A stretch of 64,000 bases of DNA, taken from NCBI GenBank assembly GCA_963729895.1, contig CAVSQB010000028.1:1-64000 (forward strand), read 5' to 3'. The position numbers were made by a program, and so were the translations under genes. This stretch comes from an uncultured Fibrobacterota bacterium (GTDB lineage Bacteria > Fibrobacterota > Chitinivibrionia > Chitinivibrionales > FEN-1185). The notes below the pieces were generated by a model. The model saw only the letters and a program-made list of their open reading frames with translations, was not told where the DNA came from and searched no databases. Positions 1 to 8,017 of the stretch are shown one piece after another. Position 1 is the first letter of the stretch. Each line of letters opens with the position of its first letter.

Positions 1-78
1 GGAAGAGAGACTCGAACTCCCAAGCCCTTGCGGGCAACGGTTTTCAAGACCGTCGGATTACCATTATCCTATTCCTCC
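1..78 (-). tRNA. tRNA-Ser(UGA), 3' end cut by window edge
   Basis: Reverse complement GGAGGAA-TA-GGAT AATGGTA ATCC-G-ACGGT CTTGAAA ACCGT-long variable arm GCCC GCAA GGGC-GGGAG TTCGAGT CTCTC-TTCC. Cloverleaf with anticodon TGA and type II variable arm. Confidence 0.93.
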
Positions 79-305
79 GGATTTTGGCCGCGGCACCTGG
101 ACAAAAGAAAAACAAAAAGCCGAAACTCCAGCCAAAAATATATCACGAGAATGGCCTCGGCAATGCCCGTCTCGGCTGCCGTCCCAACGGCCCCGGCACG
201 GGTGCTTAAATTTGACCAAAATGATTGCGCGAGGGCCCCGCGCATCCCATATTTCTCTCCTATACGCGAAGGTCGCAGTTTCAATCCGCCTCGAGGCACA
301 TTCCT

Positions 306-1097
306 ATGAACAAAATATTCACGGTTCTTCTGCCGGCCCTCGCATGTGCGCTCGTGTTGTGCGAACCGCCTGAAGTTGTCCAAAGCAAATGGACGGACGC
401 GGATGTCGTATTCGACGCAAATCTTGCGCAGTGGAAAGACGTCCTGCAGTATCCCGATGACCCGCAATTTGGAATTGGTGTGAGAAACAACGGCGCCTTT
501 CTTTACATATGCCTCATCTCCTGGAAACGGGAGATTAACGGCCGCATACTTCAGTATGGCTCCACTGCCTGGTTTTCGAGCGCGTCGAAGAAGGGAAAGC
601 GGTTCGGGATCCGTTTTCCCATGGGCGCGCCCGAAAACAAGGCCGCGGAGCGGCGAGGCAGGGAGCAGACCCGCGATCCCGAGGAACTGCGCGCGAAGCT
701 CGCCGAGTCTTTTCAGGAAATGGAAATTTTGGGACCGGAGAGAAGCGACACTGTTCCGGTCAAGACCGTGGTTGCCGAATCGTTCGGGATTGTTGTTCGC
801 GCGTATCCATCCGAGGAAAATTTTGTGTATATGATAAAAGTCCCCCTTAATTCCGATTCGGTAAGCAGGTATGCCATGGACATAGGAAAAGACACCGTGG
901 TGAACGTGGCATTCGAGTCGATTGTTCCCGACTCCGGCTCGGCCCCTGCCGGCGGCGAAGCCGCGGCCCCCCCCTCGGGCGGGCAAGCGGGAGGGATGAG
1001 CGGGGGCGGGCAACACATACGCCCCACCGGAAACCAGATGGAGGAGCCCTTCAGCGAAACCTTTGCAATCGGGCTTTCCAGGAAGCCTGCAAGATAG
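306..1097 (+). CDS. Exported hypothetical protein with Gly/Pro-rich C-terminal linker
   Basis: ORF from ATG 306 begins with signal-peptide-like MNKIFTVLLPALACALVLC. No family recognised. Confidence 0.7.
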   Translation: MNKIFTVLLPALACALVLCEPPEVVQSKWTDADVVFDANLAQWKDVLQYPDDPQFGIGVRNNGAFLYICLISWKREINGRILQYGSTAWFSSASKKGKRFGIRFPMGAPENKAAERRGREQTRDPEELRAKLAESFQEMEILGPERSDTVPVKTVVAESFGIVVRAYPSEENFVYMIKVPLNSDSVSRYAMDIGKDTVVNVAFESIVPDSGSAPAGGEAAAPPSGGQAGGMSGGGQHIRPTGNQMEEPFSETFAIGLSRKPAR

Positions 1098-1126
1098 AAC
1101 TGCCGCAGGACAAAACCGTTCCGCCG

Positions 1127-1348
1127 TTATGCGGCTTTTTCAATCACCACATGGCACGGGTCAGCGGTACTGCGTATCTCAACGATCCTGTGCCCTTCTT
1201 CCTCGGCCGACCGGGGCACGTTTTGGAGCGGTTCGCCCCTGGAGAGGCTCACGTCGAGAACGTCGCCCTTCTTGAGCTTTGCCAGCATCAACTTTACCTT
1301 TACGTAGGTCATGGGACAATGTTCCCGGGTAATATCGAGTGTGAACAC
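1127..1348 (-). CDS. TusA/SirA-family sulfurtransferase
   Basis: GTG start after AAGGAG. LDITREHCPMTYVKVKL...LKKGDVLDV...GEP..NVP pattern, 73 aa. Confidence 0.88.
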   Translation of the reverse strand: MFTLDITREHCPMTYVKVKLMLAKLKKGDVLDVSLSRGEPLQNVPRSAEEEGHRIVEIRSTADPCHVVIEKAA

Positions 1349-1362
1349 GGTGCGATCTCCTT

Positions 1363-1839
1363 TCAAATGAACAGAACCTGGGCATCCTCGGAGTACCTGA
1401 GGAAGGTGGGAACGCCGATGACTTCCTGCACCTCGTCGATGAGGTCGCCTCGCGTGATGCCGAGAATGTGCATTGCCATTTCGCATGCAACGAACTTCAC
1501 TTTGAGTTCGTGAGCGGCGGCGATGAGTTCCGGCAGCGTTGCCACGTTCCGGCCCCGCATCATGCCGGTCATCAGCCTTGGGCTGAGGCCCGCAAAATTG
1601 AGCCTGGAAAGCGGCAAATTGTTTCGGCCCCCCAACAGGAAATTAAAGAACCGGGCGAGAATCCCCTTTCCGATTGCCGCATGCCCCTTGTCTTTCTTGA
1701 TAAGATTGAGGCCCCAGAACGTAAAAAAGAGGTTCACTTCCCAGTTCACGGCCGCCGCGCCTGTTGCAAGAGTAAACGCTGCTACGGCACGGTCGAAATC
1801 TCCGCTGAAAACGATGAGTGATAATTTCTTCTTTTCCAC
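1363..1839 (-). CDS. DsrE/DsrF/DrsH-like (DsrE2-type) sulfur-transfer protein
   Basis: SLIVFSGDFDR, V.LFFTFWGL and FVACEMAM motifs. Confidence 0.88.
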   Translation of the reverse strand: MEKKKLSLIVFSGDFDRAVAAFTLATGAAAVNWEVNLFFTFWGLNLIKKDKGHAAIGKGILARFFNFLLGGRNNLPLSRLNFAGLSPRLMTGMMRGRNVATLPELIAAAHELKVKFVACEMAMHILGITRGDLIDEVQEVIGVPTFLRYSEDAQVLFI

Positions 1840-1860
1840 AATGAGCTCCTTTCCAGGTTC

Positions 1861-2259
1861 CTACGTGCTCACCGCGATGTCTTCGGGAGTTACCTCGGAG
1901 CCGCGGATCCTGAACGACTTCATCACCGGAACGTCGCCTGCCAGCGAGACAATGACGTAGCTGATGTCCGGATCGCGCGCCAGACGGATATCTTCCTCAG
2001 ACGGCCGTGCAGGCGTATTCGGATGGCTGTGATACACTGCGGCCGCTGTAAGGCATTCGCCGCGGATAGCGCGCACCACCGAAAACTGCTCGGCCGGATC
2101 GAACGAAAAATGTTCCGCCGAGCGGTCGCTGTTCTTGAGCGGGAAGAAACGCACTACCGTTCCGTCCTTTGCTGCAAGGTAGCCGCATGCTTCAAACGGC
2201 TTTTCGGCGCGCGCGTGACCGATGATCCCGTCCGAAATGGATTTCCGCATGGTTAGCAT
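1861..2259 (-). CDS. JAB/MPN+ (M67, Mec/HcyD-like) metallopeptidase
   Basis: PFEACG and YHSHPNTPARPSEED give an intact JAMM motif. Confidence 0.92.
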   Translation of the reverse strand: MLTMRKSISDGIIGHARAEKPFEACGYLAAKDGTVVRFFPLKNSDRSAEHFSFDPAEQFSVVRAIRGECLTAAAVYHSHPNTPARPSEEDIRLARDPDISYVIVSLAGDVPVMKSFRIRGSEVTPEDIAVST

Positions 2260-2260
2260 A

Positions 2261-3085
2261 TCAGGCTCCTTGACTACCAGTTTTTATGTCGCATACCGGC
2301 TGTTCTTCGTCGAACAGCGTCCGTATGGTGGCATGCTCGCCGCACAATTCGCACGCCGGGTTCCGCCGCATCTTTATCTTGCGGAAATCCATTTCCAGGG
2401 CGTCGAACGTCAGCATGGCATTGGTCAAGAGCGTTCCTACGCCGGTGACAAACTTGATCGCCTCGACCGCCTGGATGGTGCCGAGCATGCCCGCGATCCC
2501 GCCAAGCACCCCCGCCTGCGAGCAGCTTGGCACCGCATCGCGAGGCGGCGGCGTGGGGAAAACGCACCGGTAGCACGCTGAGGCGCCGGGGACCACGGTC
2601 ATGGTTTGACCGTGAAACCGCAAAATGCCGCCGTGTGAAAACGGTTTCTTTGCAAGCACGCATGCGTCGTTGATGAGGAATTTTGCCGCAAAATTATCTG
2701 TTCCGTCAATTACGAAATCGTAGCCGGCAATGATGTCGTTTATCGAATCCGCGCTTACAAACGTGTGATAGGTGTTGACGTGTATATCCGGATTGAGCGC
2801 GAGCATTTTTTCGCTCGCGGACGCTACCTTGGGCCGCGAGACGTCCTTGGTGAAATGGATGATCTGCCGCTGGAGGTTGGTGAGGTCAACGGTGTCGGCA
2901 TCCGCAATGCCCAGTGTCCCCACTCCTGCGGCGGCCAGGTACAGCGCCGCCGGAGACCCGAGCCCGCCCGCGCCGATAATGAGCACTTTTGACTCCAGGA
3001 TCTTTGCCTGGCCTTCGATGCCCACGCCTTTAAGCAGGATGTGCCTGCTGTATCGTTGGAGTTGTCCATCCGTAAAATCAATCAT
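2261..3085 (-). CDS. ThiF/MoeB/HesA-family (E1-like) adenylyltransferase
   Basis: RYSRHILL, GAGGLGS, NLQRQ, DGTDNF, CYRC and CELC zinc pairs, PSCSQAGV. Alternative start at 3094. Confidence 0.93.
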   Translation of the reverse strand: MIDFTDGQLQRYSRHILLKGVGIEGQAKILESKVLIIGAGGLGSPAALYLAAAGVGTLGIADADTVDLTNLQRQIIHFTKDVSRPKVASASEKMLALNPDIHVNTYHTFVSADSINDIIAGYDFVIDGTDNFAAKFLINDACVLAKKPFSHGGILRFHGQTMTVVPGASACYRCVFPTPPPRDAVPSCSQAGVLGGIAGMLGTIQAVEAIKFVTGVGTLLTNAMLTFDALEMDFRKIKMRRNPACELCGEHATIRTLFDEEQPVCDIKTGSQGA

Positions 3086-3145
3086 TGCCGTCATCCTTCC
3101 GTGCACAAAAAATGCAAAGCCCAGGGCACCTGCCGCCGCACGGCG

Positions 3146-3355
3146 CTACAGGCCGCCGCCCATGAAGTACAGAAAATCCACTTCATCATTTTCGGCAACC
3201 GTTACCGTTGCGTAGTCCTTTCTTTGGGCAAAAGCCCCATTGATTTGGACCGACACGTAGTCCGGAACATCGACCTTCTCAAGCGCCAACAGGTCGAGAA
3301 CGGACGGGTTGGCCGCCGTGATTATCTTTTCAACGCCGTTTACTTTGATTTTCAT
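3146..3355 (-). CDS. ThiS-like sulfur carrier protein, C-terminus MGGGL
   Basis: MKIKVNG...VQING...ENDEVDFLYFMGGGL beta-grasp pattern, 69 aa, with AAGGGG RBS. Confidence 0.9.
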   Translation of the reverse strand: MKIKVNGVEKIITAANPSVLDLLALEKVDVPDYVSVQINGAFAQRKDYATVTVAENDEVDFLYFMGGGL

Positions 3356-3636
3356 TGAGAATCCCCTTATGGTTGATTCCAATTTTGTTTCCATTTTCGA
3401 GAATTAGAATTGGCAAGCAGCATGTTTGGCCCGCCTCATTGCATCCCTCTTTAAGATTGTCCTTTCCCTTAGCAAACCCGGTTACGAATCCTCATGTTAT
3501 CGATGTTCATCCACATAGTATAATACAAATCAACTGGCGTGCCAAAAACGTGAGGTTCCGATAAAGGTCTCTGAGATGGTCGACTTTTCTTGACAGGAAT
3601 TTCTGATTGCTTAGTTGGCCTTGCCTGTCTTGCTCG

Positions 3637-4479
3637 TCAAGCTGCCTTTGATAGCACTACCTCACCAATATACACTTCCATTGGATAGTTGTAAAGGAGG
3701 GACGAGTGCTCCCTCCGGTTGTTGTACCGTTCAAAGAACTCCGCAAGGCCGGTGCGGCACTCGGCAACGGAGCTGTACCCCCGTATGTAGATGTCGTCGT
3801 ACTTGACCGTTCGCCACAGCCTCTCGACAAACACGTTATCCAGCGCCCGCCCTCGTCCGTCCATGCTGATCCAGATACCGCGTTCAAGGAGCACCGAGGT
3901 GAACTCCTCGCTGGTGAACTGACATCCCTGATCCGAGTTGAAGATTTCCGGTTCTCCGTACTTCGCCAGTGCCTCCTTGAGAACTTCGATGCAGAAGCCG
4001 CTGTCCAGCGAGGTCGACAGACGCCATGCAAGGACGCACCGACTGTACCAGTCGATAACGGCGCAGAGGTAAGCGAAGCCGCCGTTGAGGCGGATGTAGG
4101 TGATATCGGTGCTCCACACCTGGTTGGGGTGGTTGACCACTACGCCACGAAGCAGATACGGGTACTTCTTGTGTGCCTTATTGGGCTTCGAGGTGTTCAG
4201 GGCCCGGTAGATCGCGTGGAGGCCCATACGGGCCATCAGCCTGCGAATCTTGCTGCGCCCAACCTCCAGCCCAAACTGACGCCTCATGGCCGCCCGGAGC
4301 CTTCTGGTGCCCCGCGTGGGGTCATCGGTGAATAGCTCATCGATACGATCCATGAGCAACTTGTTCATCGGACTAGTCTGCGGCGTATAGTAAATCGAGG
4401 TCCGACAAATGGAAAGCAGCGAACACTGCCTCTTCAAAGTCAAGTCCTCGCTTGTAGAATCGGCCATCTTTGCTCTCAT
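3637..4479 (-). CDS. IS3 transposase OrfB (rve/DDE)
   Basis: WSTDITY, NSDQG, DN.FVERLW catalytic motifs. Confidence 0.95.
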   Translation of the reverse strand: MRAKMADSTSEDLTLKRQCSLLSICRTSIYYTPQTSPMNKLLMDRIDELFTDDPTRGTRRLRAAMRRQFGLEVGRSKIRRLMARMGLHAIYRALNTSKPNKAHKKYPYLLRGVVVNHPNQVWSTDITYIRLNGGFAYLCAVIDWYSRCVLAWRLSTSLDSGFCIEVLKEALAKYGEPEIFNSDQGCQFTSEEFTSVLLERGIWISMDGRGRALDNVFVERLWRTVKYDDIYIRGYSSVAECRTGLAEFFERYNNRREHSSLLYNYPMEVYIGEVVLSKAA

Positions 4480-4838
4480 AGCATGCCCAGCTTCCGCAAG
4501 TTTTTTTTTAGGAACTCGACATCCATGGTCAGCTCCCCGACCTTGCGTGCATACTCATCGCGATCACCGCGAACGCGCTCAAGCTCTTGCTCGGCGTTCT
4601 TGTCTCCCGAAAAAGCCATCTGCGCGTTGCCAAGAAACTGCCTGCGCCACTGAGCTATCTGGTTGGGATGGACTTCGTACCGACTTGCCAAAACGGACAG
4701 CGGTTCGGCCTCCTTCAAGGCTTCCAGAACCACCTTCGTCTTCAGAGCGTCGTCGATCTTGCGGCGGGTCCGCTTGGCGGGGTTGCCATCGCTGTTCGGG
4801 GACATCGCGGCGGCCTTCGCTTGCTGCTTCCGGTTCAT
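4476..4838 (-). CDS. IS3 transposase OrfA (HTH)
   Basis: AAGGAG RBS. KTKVVLEALK...LASRYEVHPNQIAQW HTH. Ends at an A9C run and an ATGA overlap with orfB. Confidence 0.9.
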   Translation of the reverse strand: MNRKQQAKAAAMSPNSDGNPAKRTRRKIDDALKTKVVLEALKEAEPLSVLASRYEVHPNQIAQWRRQFLGNAQMAFSGDKNAEQELERVRGDRDEYARKVGELTMDVEFLKKNLRKLGML

Positions 4839-4981
4839 GTTGGACTCCTTTGATAATGAAAAAATACCCTCGGAATCCAACTAAGAAACCATTATTTCCT
4901 GTTCAAAAATCCCGGACCATCTCACTCTGCAGTCTTGAAGCGCGGGGCGCTTGCCGGCCGGTTTCAACCAAGCTCGCCCTT

Positions 4982-5737
4982 CTAATCTCTCGCAAGTGAC
5001 AGCACGCGAACCCTGGCCGCTCCCGCGGCCAGCAATGCTTGGGCGCATTGGCTGGTTGTGGCGCCGGTGGTGACGATATCGTCCACAAGAACCACGCCCT
5101 TGTCCCGTATGCAATGCGTGCGTCCGGGCGGCACGCAGAAAGCGCCTGCGAGGTTTTTGAGGCGGTCCTCCCGGGCCAGCGCGGTTTGCGTTCCGGTCGG
5201 CTTTCTTCTTTGCAAAGCATGACGGCACAGCGCCGGCCGGCCCGGGCCCGAAGCCACTATGCCGGCCGCGAAATAGTCGGCCTGATTGTATCCCCGTTTG
5301 AGAGCGCGCAGAACGTGGAGAGGCACGGGAACCGCCACGTCAAGTCCTTCCCAGAAATCCGGCGGCACCCAATGAGCGTACGACCGGCCCATAAAGAAGG
5401 CGAGCCTCTTGAGGTTGCCGTATTTGAAGGCGTGGGCTATGTGCTTGACAATGTCATCGAAGTCGAACAGGGAATAAATTCTCTCGAACGGATAATCCCA
5501 GGCGTACTCGCATGCGCATTCCGTAAAGGAACGGTTCTGCGCGCAAAGCGGGCATGCATTGCGGTGATGGTGATTCTTTGCGAGCAGGGCTTCGCACCCG
5601 CCGCACAGCCAGGCGCTTCCCCGGGAGCACGGAGCGCCGCACGCGATGCACAGCGCGGGAAAGAAGAAGCCTGCCGCATTCTTGCCCGCGCGGGAAAGGG
5701 AGGCTTTTGCAAAACGCACCGCGTCAGGCAGCGCCAT
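4982..5737 (-). CDS. comF: ComF family protein (double zinc ribbon + PRTase domain)
   Basis: CxxC pairs, VPVPLH, RGYNQA, VLVDDIVTTGAT. Confidence 0.88.
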   Translation of the reverse strand: MALPDAVRFAKASLSRAGKNAAGFFFPALCIACGAPCSRGSAWLCGGCEALLAKNHHHRNACPLCAQNRSFTECACEYAWDYPFERIYSLFDFDDIVKHIAHAFKYGNLKRLAFFMGRSYAHWVPPDFWEGLDVAVPVPLHVLRALKRGYNQADYFAAGIVASGPGRPALCRHALQRRKPTGTQTALAREDRLKNLAGAFCVPPGRTHCIRDKGVVLVDDIVTTGATTSQCAQALLAAGAARVRVLSLARD

Positions 5738-6554
5738 CGGGTGCGCCGGGACGGCCCCGGTCTTCCTCTTTGGAAAGAAAATTCCTGAGGATAAGGCCGG
5801 CGAAAAGGATGAAGAATGCGATGCAGAAGACCTGATTGTGACTCAACGGACCCAGTTTTTCGTGCGGCGTGTAGAACCGGGTGAAATCGACACAGAACCG
5901 GAGGACGGCGTACATGATGCCGATAAGATAGAAACGGAACCCAACAAAGGTTTTACGGGTACTTACGAGAAGAATGATGATTGCCATGAGAAGGCCTCCG
6001 CCGCTCTCGATGAGCTGGGAGGGAATCAGCGCATGCGCATGGATTTCGTGAGCGTAGGCGCCGGCAGGGCTGTCTGCAGGAAACGTCACGCCGCACGACG
6101 ACGTGGTGGCCGCGCCGTAGCAGCAGCCGTTGAGAAAACAGCCGATTCGCGTGAGGAAAATACCGAACCCCAAGCTGGCGCTGGAAACGTCGGCGTAGGG
6201 TAGAAACTGCTCCTTTTTGATTCTGAAATACGTCACACCCGCTACAAGCGCCCCGATAAACCCGCCGTACATCACGAGCCCGCCGATGCCGAGGTTGCCG
6301 CCGTGAAACGGGTTGAAAATGCCGGTGAGGTCGCCTGAAAATTCCTCAAAGTGAAGTATGACGTAGTACAGCCGCGCCCCTACGATGGCGGCAAGGATCA
6401 CCCAGAACCCCAGATCGGAAATGACGTTCGGGTCAAGGTTGTTCTTCTTTGCCCGCCACGAGGCGAACCAGATGCCGAACAGAAACGACACGGCGAGCAT
6501 GAATCCGTAGGAGTGAATGGGAAACTTAAAGATGTGGAACAGTATGGGATGCAT
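5724..6554 (-). CDS. lgt: Prolipoprotein diacylglyceryl transferase
   Basis: MHPILF, HSYG, VGARLYYV, GGL..YGG, RIGCFLNGCCYG, PSQL. Confidence 0.92.
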   Translation of the reverse strand: MHPILFHIFKFPIHSYGFMLAVSFLFGIWFASWRAKKNNLDPNVISDLGFWVILAAIVGARLYYVILHFEEFSGDLTGIFNPFHGGNLGIGGLVMYGGFIGALVAGVTYFRIKKEQFLPYADVSSASLGFGIFLTRIGCFLNGCCYGAATTSSCGVTFPADSPAGAYAHEIHAHALIPSQLIESGGGLLMAIIILLVSTRKTFVGFRFYLIGIMYAVLRFCVDFTRFYTPHEKLGPLSHNQVFCIAFFILFAGLILRNFLSKEEDRGRPGAPDGAA

Positions 6555-6732
6555 GAAAAGAGTTTGTCCTTTCGGTGATTCTACACGTTTGGGCAATACT
6601 GAAAATAAAATCAGACTGCGAGAGAGTGGTACAGATGTTTAAGCCTGAACGCAGTATTCTCGGCCTGGGCGCACCCCGCTCGGCTATCCGGAAGAATCGT
6701 ATCTTCCTGCATGTCAAAAAATCCCGGAAAAA

Positions 6733-8010
6733 TCAGAAATCCTGTTTGCTGTACTTTGCGTTCAGCAGAAACCCCAGCAATATCGCAATCGTCAAAGTAA
6801 ACGATCCTCCGTACGACAAGAACGGCAGCGGCACGCCCACAACGGGCATCATGCCGAGGGTCATCGAAACATTGATGAATACGTGGAACGCGAGCAGTGA
6901 CACCGAGCCCACCACAACGAGGTTGGTGAACCTGTTCCGGACCACCTGCGTGGTGGTGAAACCCCGGATTATGAGAAACAGGAACAAGAGCAGGATAGCC
7001 GTGCAGCCGAAAAGGCCGAACTGCTCCCCCAATACGGAGAAGATGAAATCGGTGTGCTGCTCGGGCAGAAACGACAACCGCGTTTGCGTGCCTTGAAGAT
7101 ATCCTTTCCCCATGACGCTTCCCGAGCCGATGGCGACCCTGGATTGTATAACCTGGTAGCCTGCGCCCGCAGGGTCCATTTGCGGATTGATGAAACTGAG
7201 GATGCGTTTCTTCTGGTAATCCTGCAGCACGCCGTTCCAGGCCACGGTTGTGATTCCTGCAGTAAACAGGTTGATGGCGACAACGCCCACCAGTATCAGC
7301 ATGCGGGGACGGATGACGTACAACACCCCGCACAGAACCACAAAGAAGATGCCCCAGGGAATGGCTTCCCAGATACCGCCCTGGGTCTTAAGCGTAAATG
7401 CGAGGATGAGCGGAATGGCCGAGAGGGCGAGCGAAATCAAGGGCGAGGCAAGGAAGAAGAGCTCCAGCAGCGAGAGACCTGCCCAGTACAGCATCGGCAC
7501 GGCCATGAGACCCAGGATAAGAGCGGTTCCGAGGTCCGGCTGTTTGAGAATGAGGGCGAACGGGACGAGTATCATGGCACCCGGCAGCACAAACGACGGC
7601 AGCCGGTCGAGAGAGATTGATTGTGTGGAAAAGTGCCGCGCAAGGGCAAGCAGAAGGCCTATTTTTGCAAATTCGGACGGTTGAACGCGCAAGCCTGCTA
7701 TGGAGACCCACCGCTCAGCACCCTTGCTGATGACGCCGGTAAAGACGCCGTATAGAAGCAGCAGGAGCGACGCTCCGTACATCACGTAGGCAAAGGAGAA
7801 GTAAAACCGGGTGGGGATCGATGTGACGATAAGAATGATAACCATGCCCATCGCAATCCAGATGATCTGGTTTCTGGTGGAATGGACCAGAGGGCCGGAA
7901 TCGTAGATGTGAGTGGCGGAGAATACTAGGAGCACGCCGAAGATCCACAAGGCCATGGCAACGGCGACGAGGGCCACGTCGAATTCGGTCCTTTTCCTTA
8001 TTTCAAACAT
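6733..8010 (-). CDS. rodA: Rod shape-determining protein RodA (SEDS)
   Basis: GAERW, QPSEFAK, QPDLGT, GYQ..QS, LPEQHTDFIF, PLPFLSYGGS. Follows mrdA. Confidence 0.95.
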   Translation of the reverse strand: MFEIRKRTEFDVALVAVAMALWIFGVLLVFSATHIYDSGPLVHSTRNQIIWIAMGMVIILIVTSIPTRFYFSFAYVMYGASLLLLLYGVFTGVISKGAERWVSIAGLRVQPSEFAKIGLLLALARHFSTQSISLDRLPSFVLPGAMILVPFALILKQPDLGTALILGLMAVPMLYWAGLSLLELFFLASPLISLALSAIPLILAFTLKTQGGIWEAIPWGIFFVVLCGVLYVIRPRMLILVGVVAINLFTAGITTVAWNGVLQDYQKKRILSFINPQMDPAGAGYQVIQSRVAIGSGSVMGKGYLQGTQTRLSFLPEQHTDFIFSVLGEQFGLFGCTAILLLFLFLIIRGFTTTQVVRNRFTNLVVVGSVSLLAFHVFINVSMTLGMMPVVGVPLPFLSYGGSFTLTIAILLGFLLNAKYSKQDF

Positions 8011-8017
8011 GGGGCGT

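Larger units (their letters stand above)
3572..4924 (-). mobile_element. IS3-family insertion sequence, 1353 bp, 3-bp target duplication CTC
   Basis: Imperfect terminal inverted repeats both starting TGAGATGGTC and ending ...CTTAGTTGG. CTC at 3569-3571 and 4925-4927. orfA/orfB inside. Confidence 0.93.

Noticed and set aside
2261..3355. Reading the ThiF/ThiS pair as thiamine or molybdopterin biosynthesis, or as a CBASS/Bil-type defence E1-JAB system
   Set aside because: No thiG/moaE, E2 or cyclase gene is present; the capped carrier plus DsrE/TusA context fits sulfur relay better.
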